64,000 nucleotides of DNA from Scenedesmus sp. PABB004 (taxonomy: Eukaryota), in assembly GCA_014905635.1 (NCBI GenBank), contig JABVCE010000010.1, positions 620,001-684,000 of the forward strand, read 5' to 3'. Positions within the stretch are counted from its first letter, which is position 1. The number at the start of each line of letters is the position of its first letter. Made by a program: the position numbers and the translations under genes. The notes beneath the pieces were generated by a model that worked only from the letters and a program-made list of their open reading frames with translations, did no database searches and was not told the origin of the DNA. This document shows, piece after piece, positions 22,285 through 33,357 of this stretch.

Positions 22285-24556
22285 CCGCCGCGGCTGCGCC
22301 GCGCTCTGCGCCCGCGGCCAGCGCCTGCTCGGCGCGCAGCGCCACGCCGGCCTGCCGCTCCTCCTCCAGCAGGGCTGGGGGGACCGCGCTGGGCGCCGTC
22401 TGCACGCCGTTGCCAACAGCCACAGGCGCGGCTGGCGGCTGCGCGGGCAACGCGGCCCCCGCAGCGGCAGCGGCCGCCTGCGCCGCGCCGCACGGCGCCA
22501 GCTGCTGCGGGCGTGGCGGCGACAGCGCGCCGTCCAGCGAGCCCCCCACCAGCGCCGCAAGGTCGGGCGCGCTGGCGGGCCGCGCCGGCACGTCCTGGCC
22601 CCCCGACACGGCCGGCAGCTGCTCCGAGCGGCCGTGCGGCTCGCCCGCGCCCGCCGCCACCACCTCCGCCTGGCGCTGCCGCCGCGCCGCGGCCTGCTCC
22701 TCCCCCGCCGCCAGCAGCGCCTGGTGCTCCTGCAGGCGCAGCATCAGGTGCTGCTGCTCCGACAGCGACAGCGACAGCCCGCGCGCCGCGGCCGCGGCGC
22801 TGCTGCCCGCGCCGCCCGCGCCGCCGACCAGGCCGTGCATGCCCGCCGCGGCGCCGGGCGGCACGTGCAGCACGCGCTTGCGCCGCCCCTTGTCGAGCAG
22901 ATCCTGCGGCAGACCCATCTCCTTCTGCAGCCTGCGCGCGCGTGCGGCGCGCGTGTGCGGCGCGCGTGTGCGGCGCGCGCGCTGCGGTCCGCGGCGCGCA
23001 GGCGCGGGCGCGCGGCGGCGCGCGGGCGCGCACTTTGCAAACAGCTCCTTTGAGCCGCTGACCCAGCCGTCGGGCAGCTGCGCGCGCTGGCCCTTGCGCG
23101 CGAGCGGCAGCTGCAGGGGCTGCTTCTTGCACACGTAGGCGAAGAAAAAGTTGGAGTAGCGCACGCCGGGCGGCAGGCCGACTGGCGGCGGCGCGGGCGG
23201 GTGGCGGGCGGTCGGGCGGGCGGCGGCGCGGGCGGGCGGCGGGCAGGCGGGCGGCCGTGAGGCAGGTTCAGGCGGCGGAGGTCAGAGGGGCCGGCCGCCG
23301 CCGGCCAGGGCTGGGCTGACGGGCCGCCCCGCGCACCGATGGTCTCTGCGTCCAGCACCTCGTACGGGCCGTCCACCTCGATGGGCCGCACCGTGTCGTT
23401 GATCGGCCTGCGGCGCGCGTGAGCGCGGGCAGGCACGGCGCGGCGCGCGTGAGCGCGGACACGCGCTGGCGGCTGGAGCGCTTGCGCGCGCCGCGCGGCG
23501 CGGCGCGGCGCGGCGCGCGGCGCGTGGCACACACTTCCCGTCCACGTAGGCCTGCGCGCCGGCCGCAATCTTGGGGAGGAGCAGCAGCGACACCTTCCAC
23601 GCGAGCCGCGCGTCGAGCAGCAGCGGCAGGCGCCGCGAGGGGTCGCCGAGCGTGATCAGCAGGAAGGTGCCGCCCGGCTGCAGCACGCTGCGCAGCGACA
23701 ACGCGACGGCGGCGTCAGCGGCGCGTCGGCGCGCGCGGGCGCCCGGCCGGCGCTGCCGGCGCCGCTGGCGCCGCGTCGAGCGCCGCCCACGGGCGCTCAC
23801 CGCCAGACCTCCAGCAGCATGCGCATCACGTTCTCGGTGCCCTGCTTGCAGCACAGCAGCGCGTCCATGGTGCCTGCGGCGGGCGGCGGCGCGTGGGCCG
23901 CGGCAGGCGCTCCGCTGCGCTGTGCCGGCCGGCGTGCCGGCCGTGGCGCGCCCCGCTCCGCCGCGCGGCCGCGCGGGCGCCGCCGCGGCGGCGCCGCCGC
24001 GGCGGCGCCGCCGCACCCTTGTCCAGCACGTGGCCAAACTGGCAGTCCATGTACTCCGGCATGCAGCGGCAGTCTGCCACCTCGTACGAGAGGCTTGGGT
24101 ACTGCGCATGCCGCCGGCGCATCTGCTCGATGACGACGCGCGAGATGTCGATCTGCAGACAGCGGCGGCGGCGGCGGCGCGCGCGCGCGCTCACGCGGCC
24201 GCCCGCCCTCGGGCAGGCGGGCGGCGGGGCGGCTCTGCCGGCCCGGCCGCGGGGTCGCCGCTGCGCCGCGGGCAGCGGCACGCCCCCGCCGGCCAGCGCG
24301 CCCGCACGCGCCCCCGCGCGCTCACGTTGACCACGACGTAGCCCGACTGCGCCATGCCCTCCTGCAGGTTGGATGTGCCGCAGCCGATCTGCAGCACGGG
24401 CTTCTTCTTGCCCACGTAGGCGCGCAGGAGGCGCCGCAGCGCCGTGTGGCCGAAGAACCACTCGAACAGCGCCGGCTCCCGCTCGTAGCGGCAGTCCCAG
24501 TACTCCGGCTCCGCGTAGCGCACGGTGGCGCCCGCGGGAGGGCCGCGCTGCGCCAT
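21347..24556 (-). CDS. Class I SAM-dependent methyltransferase, EEF1AKMT4/METTL13 N-domain-like, with long disordered C-terminal extension
   Basis: YWDCRY..FEWF, motif I LQIGCGTS, IDISRVVIEQM, ADCR, DK|GTMDALLC, VLQPGGTFLLIT; multi-exon. Confidence 0.88.
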
Positions 24557-26409
24557 GCGGGCGCCGCGAATGGCCGCCGCCGCTGCTGCGCCGGTCACGC
24601 CCGCCCGCCGCCGCTGTGCGGCGCGCCCGGCCGCCGATCGAGGCTCATCTCCTCTTCGTCAGCACCAGCAGACGCGGGGCCGCGTGCTGCTGCTGCCCAG
24701 CGGCCCCCCCTGCTGCCTGGCAGCTGGTGCGGGCGGGGCTCGCGGTCTCGTTAGCGTCACGAGCTCAGGCCGCGGTGCGCGGCGTGTTGTGCAGGCGGCG
24801 GCGTGCGGCGGAGATGTTGCGCGCGGCGGCGCAGCGCCTGCACCGCCGCGGGCGGGGCGCTGCCGGGGGACGGCGAGCCCGTGCGCCCGTGCGCGCCATC
24901 CGCACGGGCACGCGTGAGGCCGTGAGAAATTGCCCGCAGCAGGCCGCGCGGCGCGGCGCCCGGCGGCACGAGCGCCGCGCGCGCGCCAGCTTGCCGCCGC
25001 AGCCTGGCAGCGCCACGGCACGCGCTCGCGCCGGCCACTGCAGAGCTCCTGCAGGGTGCACCCAGATCCCTGCCGGGCCGGGCGGCATGGGCGTCGTCGC
25101 TGGCGCGGCCGCGCGGCCCAGCTGCAAGAAGCGGGCGGCGGAGTCAAGTTAAACTGCAGGCAGCGGCAGCATGCATCATCACAGCGCCCTCGTCGCCTGC
25201 GACTCACGGGCGTCAGACAGACAGCGTCGACGGACAGCGTCGGCACGCGGGCGGCGCAGCACAGGTGCTGATGTCGCCGCCACGCGCGCGCAGATGCGCG
25301 GTGGGCAGTCGGCGGAGGGCGCGCGCCGCGCGTGCAGCACCTCCGCCTCAGGCTGCTAGGGAAAACAAGGGCTGTGCACCGCCTAACCGGCCCAGGCAGC
25401 AGGGCCCGCGGCCCCAAGCTAGCAACGACAAGGGCCCGCAGAGCGCACGAGGCGCACGCATGGAGCCACGCCACGCAGGCGGCGGCTAGGGCATAAAACA
25501 AGAAACGGGTGGGCCGCATGTGCGTCGCGAGAGCCCTGTGCTGCTGTGTTAGAATAGGACCCCTCGCCGTGATAGAATAAGACCCCTCGACGTGTTGAGT
25601 CTGTCAGGCGCTGCGGAGGACGAACGAGGTGCGTGCCGCCCGCGGGCGCGTCGCACCTGCTGGTGCCACCACCGAGAATAGCCGCGCAGCAGCCGGCGCT
25701 GCGCGAGGGGTGCGCCGGCAGCCAAACCACCACCAAACCGCGGCGAGCGCGCCCCAAATGCGGCGGCGGCGCTGCGCCCGGGGCAAATGCGCCCAGCGCA
25801 GGCGCGACGCGCGCCGCTGGCCCGCCCTGCCGGCTCTGCTGCGGCGCGCAAGCGATCTGCCCCAAGACCCCAAGACCCGTGCGCAAGGCAGTCAGCAGCA
25901 GCCCCCAATCCGGCGCCCTGACCAGCAGCCCCCGGGCCCGTGCTGCTGCGCGGCGCCGAGTCCCGCCCCAGATGCAAAGCAGCGCTCATTCAAGTGCTGC
26001 GCCGCGCCGGGGGCGCGCATGCGGCCGCCGTGGCGGCACGGTTGCGCGCCCCCGCGCGCGTGCGCGTGCGCGGGGCGGGCCGCCACGCGCACGAACAACA
26101 CACACTTAGACCCCACCCCCTCCGAAACTGTACAGATCTGCGCGGCGCGCCCATGCGCGCCGGCGCTGCGGGCAATTACCCGCACGGCATCGTCGCCCCG
26201 CATATGCAGGGCGCGCCGCCGCCGCCGCGCGCCGCGCGCGGCCGCAGCCGGCGACCACGGGCGCGGCGTGCGGCCTGGGGCCTGTGTCCTGTGTCTGTCC
26301 TGTGTACAGCCCGGCAGACGCTAGCAATGCAGCGGCTGCTGTGCACCCGCCGTCGGGCCTGATCAGTGCGCTCCCATGGCGCCAGGTGCAGCCCAGCACA
26401 GGCAGACGC

Positions 26410-27154
26410 GGTCGTCAATCTTCGTGTGGCGCGGCGCCACGGGCGCCGCCGCGGGGCTCCGGGCGGCGCCGCTCACGCACGTGGCGCGCGGGCCGCGGCG
26501 TCGCCGGCGTGCGCCTGCCAGAGCCGGCTGTTCACCACGGCGCGCGCCTGGAGCATGCGCTTGTAGTGTGCGTCGTCCCTGAGGCGGGCGGCCGGCGCGA
26601 CCTGTCGTCAGCAGCAGCGCTCCACGCACCACGCGCTGCCGCGGCCTCCCGGCGTCGCCGCGCCCCCTCCGCAGCTGCCACCGCCCGCGTCTGGGTGCGG
26701 CCAGGCCCTGGCGGCGCTCGCGCCGCGTCTGGCGCCGCGGGCGGGCCAGAATTGGCAGCATTCCCGCGCGAGGCCCGGAGCACCCGCGCGCTGCCAGCCT
26801 CGCGGGCTTGACGCGCTGCAATTCTGGGTGTGACTCGCCCCTACCAGCACTCCCGCGCGCCGCGAGCGCCTCCGGCGCGGCGCCTGGCTCGCGCCTGGCT
26901 CACCGGACTGGGATGGCGATGCTGGTCGGCGACGACTCGCGCTCGTCCTCGTCCTCGCTGCAGCAGTCCTCGGAGAGGTCGTCCTCCGCGTAGCCGCTAG
27001 CGCGGTCCTCCGGCGGGCTCTCCACGAGCAGGCGCGCCAGCAGGCCGCTCGCGACGGGCTTCAGGCCTCGCCGCTGCTCGCTGCCGGGGCTCTGGGGCTG
27101 CGGCACCTCAAAGCCAGCCACCGTGCGCACCGGGCTGGACGCGGGGCGGCACAT
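26410..27154 (-). CDS. Small hypothetical spliced protein; downstream exons uncertain
   Basis: ATG at 27154, acidic exon (..YAEDDLSEDCCSEDEDERESSPTSIAIPVR) ending at a GTGAGC donor near 26903; later coding-like segment DDAHYKRMLQARAVVNSRLWQ at ~26515-26577. Confidence 0.35.
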
Positions 27155-27925
27155 GGCTGCGACGCGCCCGCGGGCGCTGAGAGCGCGCTGGCGCTGGGCG
27201 GAGGTCCCGTGGCTGCGTGCCAGGGCGCCAGCGGGAGCTGCGCGCCGAGCCGTGTGAGCGCGCGGGGCGGCGGGGCGCGCCGTAGACGCGGCGCGCCGGG
27301 CGTCACTGCTTGTGCCCCAGCTGCTGCGTTGTGTGAGTCAGGCGGGCGAGCCGCGGCGCAGCCGGTGGCGTCCCCGGATCGTGTCAGGCCGGCGCCAGGC
27401 CCCGCGGCGGCGCGGCGGGGCGGCTTGGCGGGAGCACTAGCAGCCAACCGGCCGAGACCACCTGTCTCCTGCTTCCGGGGCGCTTCCCGCGGCGGTGGTG
27501 GCCGGCGCCGCAGCAGTCCTACACGTTGCGAGCGCCCGCGGCCGGCACGGCTGCCGGGCCAAGCTTCCCGGCGGCTCGGCGTGCGCTGCGGCGCGGCTGC
27601 GCTGGTGACGCTGTGCGGTGCCGCCGCCATCGCAAGCGACCCGCCCCCGAGCCCGCCAGCCAGGCTGGGCACCCACCCTCGGCACGGCCAGCGGCAGGGC
27701 GCCGGCACGCGCTCTGCGGCTGCAGCGCGACAGGCTGTCGCGCGCTGCCGCCGAGGCTGGACCGCAAGCGGGAGCTGCCGCTTGCGACCCGTCCGGTTCC
27801 CGGCGAGACTCGCGACGACAACTTGCCCCCTGCGCCGCCCCCACAGCATGCAGCATGCGGCGTGCACCTCCCCAACTCTCCCGCGGCGGGCGACGGCACA
27901 CCCAGCCGCCCGCCAAGCCCCGCCC

Positions 27926-30124
27926 TCACTCGCCGCGCGCTGGCGCCGCTGCCGCCGCGCCGAGCGTGCGCGCGACCGCCGCGGCCGCGGCGCCCAGGCC
28001 GTCCTCGCCGCGCAGCGCCGCCGCCGCGGCCGTGGCCGCGGCCTCGAAGCCGGGGCGCCCGGGGCCGAGCAGCTGCGCGAGCGCGGCGCCCAGGCGCGGG
28101 GCGGTCATCGCCTCGAGCGGCAGCGGCGCCGGCCCAACGCCCAGGCGCGCGCAGGCCTCGCCCCAGAAGAAGAGGTCGCCAAAGGCAGGCACCGCGAGCG
28201 TCGGCCGCCCGCACCGCAGCCCGACCGCGGTCGTGCCGACGCCGCCGTGGTGCACCAGCGCCGCGCAGCTGCGGCGCGAGACGGGCGCCCGTGGCCGTAG
28301 CGCGCCGCGGCGGCAGCGCGCGCGGCGCTGCGCCTGCGCGCGCGCGGCGCCCGCGCCGCCCGCAGGCAGGCGCTCACCGGGGGAACAGCCAGTCGTGGGG
28401 CGCCTCGGCGATGCGCAGCACCTGCGCCCCGCCCGCTGCCCCGCCCGCCACCGCGCCCGCGCCGCCGCCGCCGGCGGCGGGCGCCGACCAGCCGCTGCAC
28501 AGGACGACGCGCTGCCGCGCCGGCAGCGCCGCGAGCGCCGCCTCGACCTCGGCCGCGTGACGGGCGCTCAGCACGAGGCTGCTAAAGCCGACGTACAGCG
28601 GCGGCGGCCCGCCGGCCAGGAACGCCGTGAGCGCCGGCGGCGGGCGCCAGCCCGCGCCGGCGCGGGGGCCGCCGGGGCCGGCGTCGCTGCCGCCGCCGCT
28701 GCCGCCCGGGCTGTCGCCGGCGCCGGCGCGGCCGAAGCGCGCGAGCGCATCGTCCAGGAACACAAAGCCGCCGACGCCCACGTGCGCCGCCCAGTCGGCG
28801 GGCCGGGGCACGAGGCGCGCGCTGAAGAGGCAGGACGCGGGCAGCCTGCGGGGCGGCGGCACGGGCGGCGGCGCGGGCGTGAGCGGAGGGGCCTGCAGCG
28901 CGCGGCGCGGCGCGCGCGGCGGCGCGCGGCCGCGCGCCCCGCGGCCGCGGCGGCACCGATAGAGCGCTCCCGGCAGGTCGTTGGGCGAGAGCAGCGGCAG
29001 CCCCAGGCGGCGGCGGAAGCGGAGGACCAGGTCAGCGATGCCCGCCCAGGCGGTCGAGTCGAGCAGCGGGCCGCTGGCCGCGTTGGCGGCGGCCGCGACG
29101 CGCGCGAGCAGCACGCGCCGCGCGCGCGCCGCGGCGCCCGGGCGCAGCGCGGCGAGCGGCGCCAGCAGCGGCGCCGCGGCCGCCGCTGCCGCGGACGCGG
29201 CGTAGTCGGCCACGTTGGCCCCGTACGCGCGCGCCCACGGGTGCGGGAACGCCGCGGTCGGCAGCCAGGGCACTGTGAGCAGCACGTGCAGAGGCTCGCA
29301 CAGCGCCTCCGCCACGTGCACCTGCGGCCGGCGGCGGGCGGGCGGCGCTGGCCGCCGCCGCTGCACCATGCTCGCCAGCGCGGCGCCCCGCCAGCGGGCT
29401 GCGCGACGCCGCGGCGCGCCTGGCCCCAGGCGAGCTGGTTGGCGGCGATCAGGTCTGGCTGAAACGCGGCCGCGGCCGCCCAGACGCTGTCCTGGACCTT
29501 ATCGATTTGCCTTCGCAGCCACGTGATGCCCCCGAGCTCGGTCGGCAGCATGCCCCTGTCCACGCGGCGCGCGGGCGGCGGGCGGCCTGTGGCTGCCGCG
29601 GCGTGACGGCCGCGGCGGCGCGCGCGCGCGAGAGCCTCCGCCCGCGGCGCGCGAGAGCCTCCCCCCGCGGCGCGCGCGCACCCCCAGCGAACGGTGAGCA
29701 CCATCATGCGCCGCGCGTCGCCGCCGAGCGGGGCGAAGGCGAGGCCCGGCGCGCCCTCGACCAGGCCCTGCAGCGCCCGGTCCGCCGCGAGACACACGAT
29801 CGCCCCCTGCGCGGCCAGCGCGACGCCCAGCGCCGCGGCGGGCTGCACGTCGCCGCGCGTGCCGCCAGCGACGATGAGCACGCGCCGCCCGCGCAGGGCG
29901 CCGCCGAGGTCGTCGGCGGCGAGCGCCGCGGCCGCCACCGCCGCCGCCGCGACGCTGGCAGCGCCGCCGCCGGCCGCGCCGCGCGGCGGCTCTCGCAGCG
30001 GGGGCGTGCCCGGCGCCGCCGGCGGCTTGTCCGGGGCCGCCGCGGGCCGCGCGTCGGCTGCGCTGCCGGCCGCCGTGACGGCGCGCGGCGCCGCCTCGCC
30101 CGCCTCGGCCTCGCTGACGTCCAT
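27926..30124 (-). CDS. Sterol 3-beta-glucosyltransferase-like glycosyltransferase (UGT80/UGT51 type, GT-B fold)
   Basis: GGTRGDVQP, TVPWLPTAAFPHP, LYVGFSS, PHDWLFPR|CAALVHHGGVGTTAVGL..PAFGDLFFWG..LGVGP; multi-exon. Confidence 0.9.
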
Positions 30125-30696
30125 CGCAGCGGCGCGCACGTGAACGACCGAGGGCGGTGCGGCTCGGGATGTGGCGCGCCAGCGGCGGCCGCGTCGGCGC
30201 CGGCGCCTGCGGAGTCGCCGCGGTTTGGAGACGCTGCGTCGCGCACGTCCTTGCACGGCCTCCGTGCAACCCTCCAGCACCACACGACCACGCGCACCGG
30301 CGCCGCATCGAACCAGGGCGCGCACGCCGGACGCGGCGCAGCAGCAGCGGCGCGCCGCACGTTCGCGCCTGATGAGCTCGCAGCGGCGCAGCGCCACCGC
30401 CACCGCGACCGACCCACCTGCGCAGCAGCAGGACGAGCACGCATGCGAGCCGCCGCGCCTTCAATGAAGGCCTGCGCACGCCCGGCCGCCTCTCGCCCGC
30501 TGCTGCACAAAAAGCTTGCGTGCAAAGGCTGCAGGAACGCGCATGGTCACCACGCCACTCTGAGCATGGGGCCTGCTTCAGCGGGCGCAGCTGCAGGTGC
30601 GCCGCCGCTGCTGCGCCGCCGCCGCTGCTGCTGCGCCGCCGCCGCCGCTGCCGCTCGCGCCGCCATGCCCCCGCGCCGCCCCGTCCGCCAGGCGCC

Positions 30697-31598
30697 ATGG
30701 TGCACCCGCGCCTGCGGCACGGCGTGGCAGCGGCGGCGGCCGGCGGCCCGGGGCCGGGGCCGGGCACGAGCCTGCAGCCGCAGCCCCCCGCCGCGCCGAG
30801 CGCGCCGCCGAGCCGCAGCGGCAGCAAGGACCTCGAGGCGGCGCTGCCGGGCGCCCCCGGCGGCGGCGAGCCCGGCAACCCGAGCTGGCTCACGCTGGTG
30901 GGCAGCGCTGGGCACCCGCCGGGGCGGGGCGCCGCCTCGGTGCGGCGCGCGCCCGGCGTGAGGCGGCGACCGCGCCCGCCGCCGCCGCAGGTGCTCGTGG
31001 CGGCAGCGGGCGTCGTGATCTGCTACGCCGACCGCTCCAACATGAGCACCGCGATCCTGCCCATGGCAGAGGCCTTCAACTGGGACAAGGCGCGCCGCCG
31101 CGGGCGCGGGCGCGGCGCGGCGGGCGCGCGCTGCGCTCTCGGCGGCGGCCCGCGTCGCATTGCGCGCGCGCGCGCGCGCGCCCACGTCGCGCGCCCACGC
31201 CGCGCCGCGCACGTCGCCCCGCGCGCGCGCAGGCGTTTGAGGGCGTCGTGCTGTCTGCATTCTTCGCCGGCTACGCCGCGACGCAGGTGCTCGGAGGTGC
31301 GCCGCCGCCGCCGCTGCCGCCGCCGCGCCGCGGGGCGCGCGGGGTCCCTGCTGCTGGTCCGCCGGCCGCTGGTCCGCCGTCCCACGGCCCGGGCCGGCGC
31401 ACAGGCTCGCTGGCGGACCGCTACGGCGGCAAGCTCGTGCTCACCGCGGGCGTCTTCCTCTGGTCGGTCTTCACCGTCGCGACGCCCGCGGCCGCCGCGG
31501 CGGGCACGCCCGCGCTGCTCGCCGCGCGCGTGCTGCTCGGCGTGGGCGAGGGCGTGGCGTTCCCCTCGATCCACTCCATCATCGGTGCGCGCCGTCAA

Positions 31599-31672
<74 letters not shown>

Positions 31673-31677
31673 GCGCA

Positions 31678-31712
<35 letters not shown>

Positions 31713-33177
31713 GCGCAGCCGCCGCCGCGCGCAGCCGCCGTCGCCGCTGCGCGCGCGGCCCGCGGCCCGCGGCCCACGGACGGCGGCCCACAGCCCACGG
31801 CCGGCGGCCCGTGCGACCCGCGCGACCCGCCCCGCGCCCCGCGCCGCCGCCGCGCAGCGCGCAACGTGCCGCCGAGCAAGCGCTCGACCGCGGTCGGCGT
31901 CGTGACCGCGGCGTCGTACGCGGGCACGGCGCTCGCGTTTGGCATCAGCCCCCTCCTCATCAGCCGGCTTGGCTGGCAGTGGGTCTTCTACTTGTTTGGC
32001 GCCTCGGCGCTGCTCTGGCTGCCGGTGTGGCTTCCGCTCAACGTGCAGCGCGAGCTCGCGCCGCCGGGCGGCGCGGGCGCCGGCGCCGGCGCCGCGCCCG
32101 CCGGTGGCAGCGGCAGCGGCGGAGCCGCCGCGTGCGGCGGCGCGGCGGACGCGGACGCGCCGCCGGCGCCCGCGGGCGCCGGCGGCGGCGGCGAGGAGGA
32201 GGGGCAGCCGCTGCTCGCGCGGGCGAGCTTCGAGATCGTCCCCGGCGCCGCCGCCGCCGCCGCCTCCGCCGCCGCCGCCGGGGCGCCGCCGCGCGGCCCG
32301 CGCGCCGCGCCGGGCACGGGCTTTGCCGCGCTCATGCGGCGGCGCGAGGTCTGGGCCATCTGCGCGTGCCAGTACGCGCAGAGCTACGGCATGTACGGCC
32401 TGCTGACCTGGCTGCCCACCTTTTTCAGCGACTACTATCACGTCGAGGTGGGAGACCTCGGTGGCTATACGCTGCTGCCGTACGTCGTGCAGGTGCGCGG
32501 CCGGGCGGCGGCCGGCGGGGGCGGCCGACGGAAGCAGGGCGCGGCGGCAGCAGAGAGAGAAGCGGGGGGGGGGGGGGGGGGGCGCGGGCGGACGCGCGCG
32601 CGCGCGCGCGGGCGGGCGCGGCCGCCGACGCCGCGCGCGCGCGCGCGCCGCCGCCGCGCGCGCAGGGCCTGGTCGGCCTCGGCGCGGGCGCGCTCGCCGA
32701 CTCGCTGCTCGCGACGCGGGGCTGGGGCGTGCGGCGCGTGCGCGTGGTGCTGCAGCTCGCGGCATGCTCGGCCCCGCGGCCTGCCTCGCGGCCGCCGTGT
32801 CGCCGCTCGGCGGCGGCTCGCCGCAGGCCGCGTCGGCCTTCATCACGCTCGGCCTCGGCCTCAGCGCGCTCTCGCTCGGCGCGGTGAGCGTGAACCACCT
32901 GGACATCGCCCCCCGCCACGCGGGCATGGTCTTTGGCGCGGGCAACACCGCCGCGACGCTCGCGGGGCTCGTGTCGGTGCCGCTCACCGGCCTGCTGCTC
33001 GAGCGCACGGGGAGCTGGGCGCTGGTCTTCGGCATCATCGGCGCGCACTTTGTCGCCGGCAGCGCCGCGTGGGCGGCGTGGGTCGGCGACACGCCGCTGC
33101 CGGAGGACGGGCCCGACGACGGCGGCGCCGCGCCCGGCCGCGGCCGCGCGCTCGGCGGCAGCGCCGCGGGCGGCTGA
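30697..33177 (+). CDS. MFS anion:cation symporter (SLC17/PHT4-ANTR family phosphate/anion transporter); apparent frameshift at ~32762
   Basis: ICYADRSNMSTAILPMA, SAFFAGYAATQVLG|GSLADRYGGK, LGVGEGVAFPSIHS, LLTWLPTFF, NHLDIAPRHAGMVFGAGNTAATLAG. Confidence 0.92.
31599..31712 (+). repeat. (GCC)n microsatellite in an intron of the anion transporter
   Basis: Long perfect GCC run at 31599-31670 and a second run to ~31712. Confidence 0.9.
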
Positions 33178-33357
33178 GGCGACGCGGCGCGGCGTGCACG
33201 CGGCGCGCGCGCAGCAATGCCTGGCTTGCAGGTCACTTTGCAACACGACCCAAGCATGCTGGCAGGCAGGCACGCCACTCTTGCTTTCAGACTCTCCTGA
33301 GAGACTCGAACTCAACACGCGGCAGCAGTCGCTCTCGCCCCGCCGCTCACGCCGCCG

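Noticed and set aside
24600..26350. ORFs such as 24659-25519 (MRPTRFLFYALAAAC..)
   Set aside because: No coherent exon structure or motif; looks like intergenic or UTR sequence.
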